Virus record (IMG/VR): IMGVR_UViG_3300017754_002889
Location: 1 to 35,559 of that record
DNA from: a virus
Taxonomy: Duplodnaviria > Caudoviricetes
Reading direction: 5' to 3' (one strand)
DNA length: 35,559 nt
The notes beneath the pieces are model-generated. The model was not told where the DNA came from. It saw nothing but the letters and a program-made list of their open reading frames with translations, and did not search any database. Below are positions 34,465 through 35,559 of the stretch, piece by piece (the stretch's first letter is position 1; the number at the start of each line of letters is the position of its first letter). Made by a program: the position numbers and the translations under genes.

Positions 34465-34824
34465 ATGAACCATGATGCCGTAAGAATGTTAATTTCCTGT
34501 TTGATGCATGGACAAATTGCAAGCCGCGTATTGCATTGGAATACATTAAGCCATGCCAAACATAAAGCCCTTGGGAAACTGTACGATGTATTGGGCGATG
34601 GTATGGATTCTTACGCCGAATCTTATATGGGAATATATGGGCGGTTTGGGGAAGTAAAGGTTGCCGCCGATGGATTTGGTACACCCGAAGAATTAATTGA
34701 ATACCTTGCCGATGCCATCCAAACCATGCGCGATACATTGCCAAACGATACCCAATTACAAAACATCATTGATGAATTGGCGGCAGGTGTTGATCGCATT
34801 GCTTATTTGTTATCGCTTGAATAA
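34465..34824 (+). CDS. Ferritin/Dps-like four-helix protein
   Basis: LHWNT.S.A.HKAL..LYD......D..AE..MG.YGR resembles the Dps-like HW...H...E...D..AE pattern. Confidence 0.7.
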   Translation: MNHDAVRMLISCLMHGQIASRVLHWNTLSHAKHKALGKLYDVLGDGMDSYAESYMGIYGRFGEVKVAADGFGTPEELIEYLADAIQTMRDTLPNDTQLQNIIDELAAGVDRIAYLLSLE

Positions 34825-34825
34825 G

Positions 34826-35059
34826 ATGGATTGCAAACATTGTTGGCACGAAACCGGGTTTGTGCTAACAAGTAACCCCCCGCAATACCCGGAAGTATGT
34901 TGCCATTGCGGGAAACAACGGGTTATATATGGATCGCCCACACAAGAATATGAAGAAGGGCATGGGAAGTACCTGCCAACATCAAGGGTAGTAAGCCTTC
35001 CCCTTTACACATACGACACACTACCCCGATCCAATGCCAACCGTACCGAAACAGACTAA
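34826..35059 (+). CDS. Small zinc-ribbon-like protein
   Basis: CKHCW...LTSNPPQY...CCHCG from ATG 34826. Confidence 0.65.
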   Translation: MDCKHCWHETGFVLTSNPPQYPEVCCHCGKQRVIYGSPTQEYEEGHGKYLPTSRVVSLPLYTYDTLPRSNANRTETD

Positions 35060-35492
35060 ATGCGCGTACCTTGGGTGTGGTAACGAACGATCCCACCTAA
35101 ACACATATTGCATGGAACATGGTGGTAAAGGGTTTAACGATAGTGCCAAGCGTAAACAATCAAACGCAATGTATCAAACGGCGTTATGGGGTCGTACCCG
35201 TATGCGTGTGTTAAGCATCCAACCATTGTGCCAAGCGTGTGCGGGCATGGGTAAAGTAACCGCCGCATCGGAAGTGGATCACCTGTTTGCATGGCAACAT
35301 ATAGGGGTTGAAGCGTTTTACCAAAATGTATTCCAATCCCTTTGTAAGAATTGCCACACTAATAAGGGCGCATTGGAACGCCAAGGGATATACCGGCATT
35401 ACGCCCATACGCCCGTTGATTACGCAATAAAAGATTACGCAAGGGTATGCCATGCCCATGCCATTGAAGCCGCCCAAAACGCTTTTTATTAA
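35034..35492 (+). CDS. HNH endonuclease, packaging-associated (HK97 gp74-like)
   Basis: PLCQAC, EVDH, QSLCKNCH..K; last gene before putative cos and terS. Confidence 0.9.
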   Translation: MPTVPKQTKCAYLGCGNERSHLNTYCMEHGGKGFNDSAKRKQSNAMYQTALWGRTRMRVLSIQPLCQACAGMGKVTAASEVDHLFAWQHIGVEAFYQNVFQSLCKNCHTNKGALERQGIYRHYAHTPVDYAIKDYARVCHAHAIEAAQNAFY

Positions 35493-35546
35493 GCCAAAAC
35501 GGAAAATTTTTTTAGAAACTTAAATTTTTTCCCCTTTTACGGAAAG

Positions 35547-35556
35547 CAAGCCGGGG
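35547..35556 (+). repeat. Right copy of terminal direct repeat CAAGCCGGGG (candidate cos site)
   Basis: Identical to 15-24. Confidence 0.6.
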
Positions 35557-35559
35557 TCC

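Larger units (their letters stand above)
15..35556. mobile_element. Near-complete tailed dsDNA phage genome (HK97-like head, non-contractile tail)
   Basis: Complete gene order terS-terL-portal-protease-capsid-neck-tail-lysis-early-HNH; ends share a 10-bp direct repeat; no host housekeeping genes. Confidence 0.95.

Noticed and set aside
196-35492. Alternative genetic code (stop-codon reassignment) as the cause of the codon skew
   Set aside because: Genes are full length and tightly packed under the standard code; the missing words are GAG/CTC-type sense triplets in all frames.

Overview
The window looks like an essentially complete ~35.5-kb genome of an HK97-like (cos-packaging, long-tailed) phage, probably of a Proteobacterial host, opened at its packaging site. 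A 10-bp direct repeat CAAGCCGGGG sits at both ends, between the HNH gene and terS. The plus strand from 196 to 27123 carries terS, terL, portal, prohead protease, two paralogous HK97-fold capsid genes, neck and tail genes (with a -1 frameshifting chaperone), a tail-tip module with a GNAT protein, several fibre genes interleaved with three 2OG-Fe(II) oxygenases, and a holin/M15 endolysin cassette. The minus strand from 27203 to 31021 is an early recombination arm (Erf, YqaJ-type exonuclease, SSB, small ORFs). The right arm has nucleases, an initiator-like C-terminal domain, RusA, small DNA-binding proteins, a ferritin-like protein and the HNH. I see no integrase, repressor, helicase, primase, polymerase or methyltransferase. 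The most notable unexplained elements are: (1) a 77-nt initiator-tRNA-like gene with a perfect fMet acceptor/T arm and CAT anticodon but inverted anticodon-stem GC pairs and a remodelled D arm; (2) ~420 nt of densely base-paired non-coding sequence where cI/cro would normally be, which also contains a copy of the putative cos sequence; (3) a second capsid paralog lacking the scaffold domain and carrying an inserted domain; (4) extreme both-strand avoidance of GAG/CTC, GGCC, AGCT and CCAG, extending even to ribosome-binding sites. All calls come from motif reading by eye; no searches or folding programs were run.
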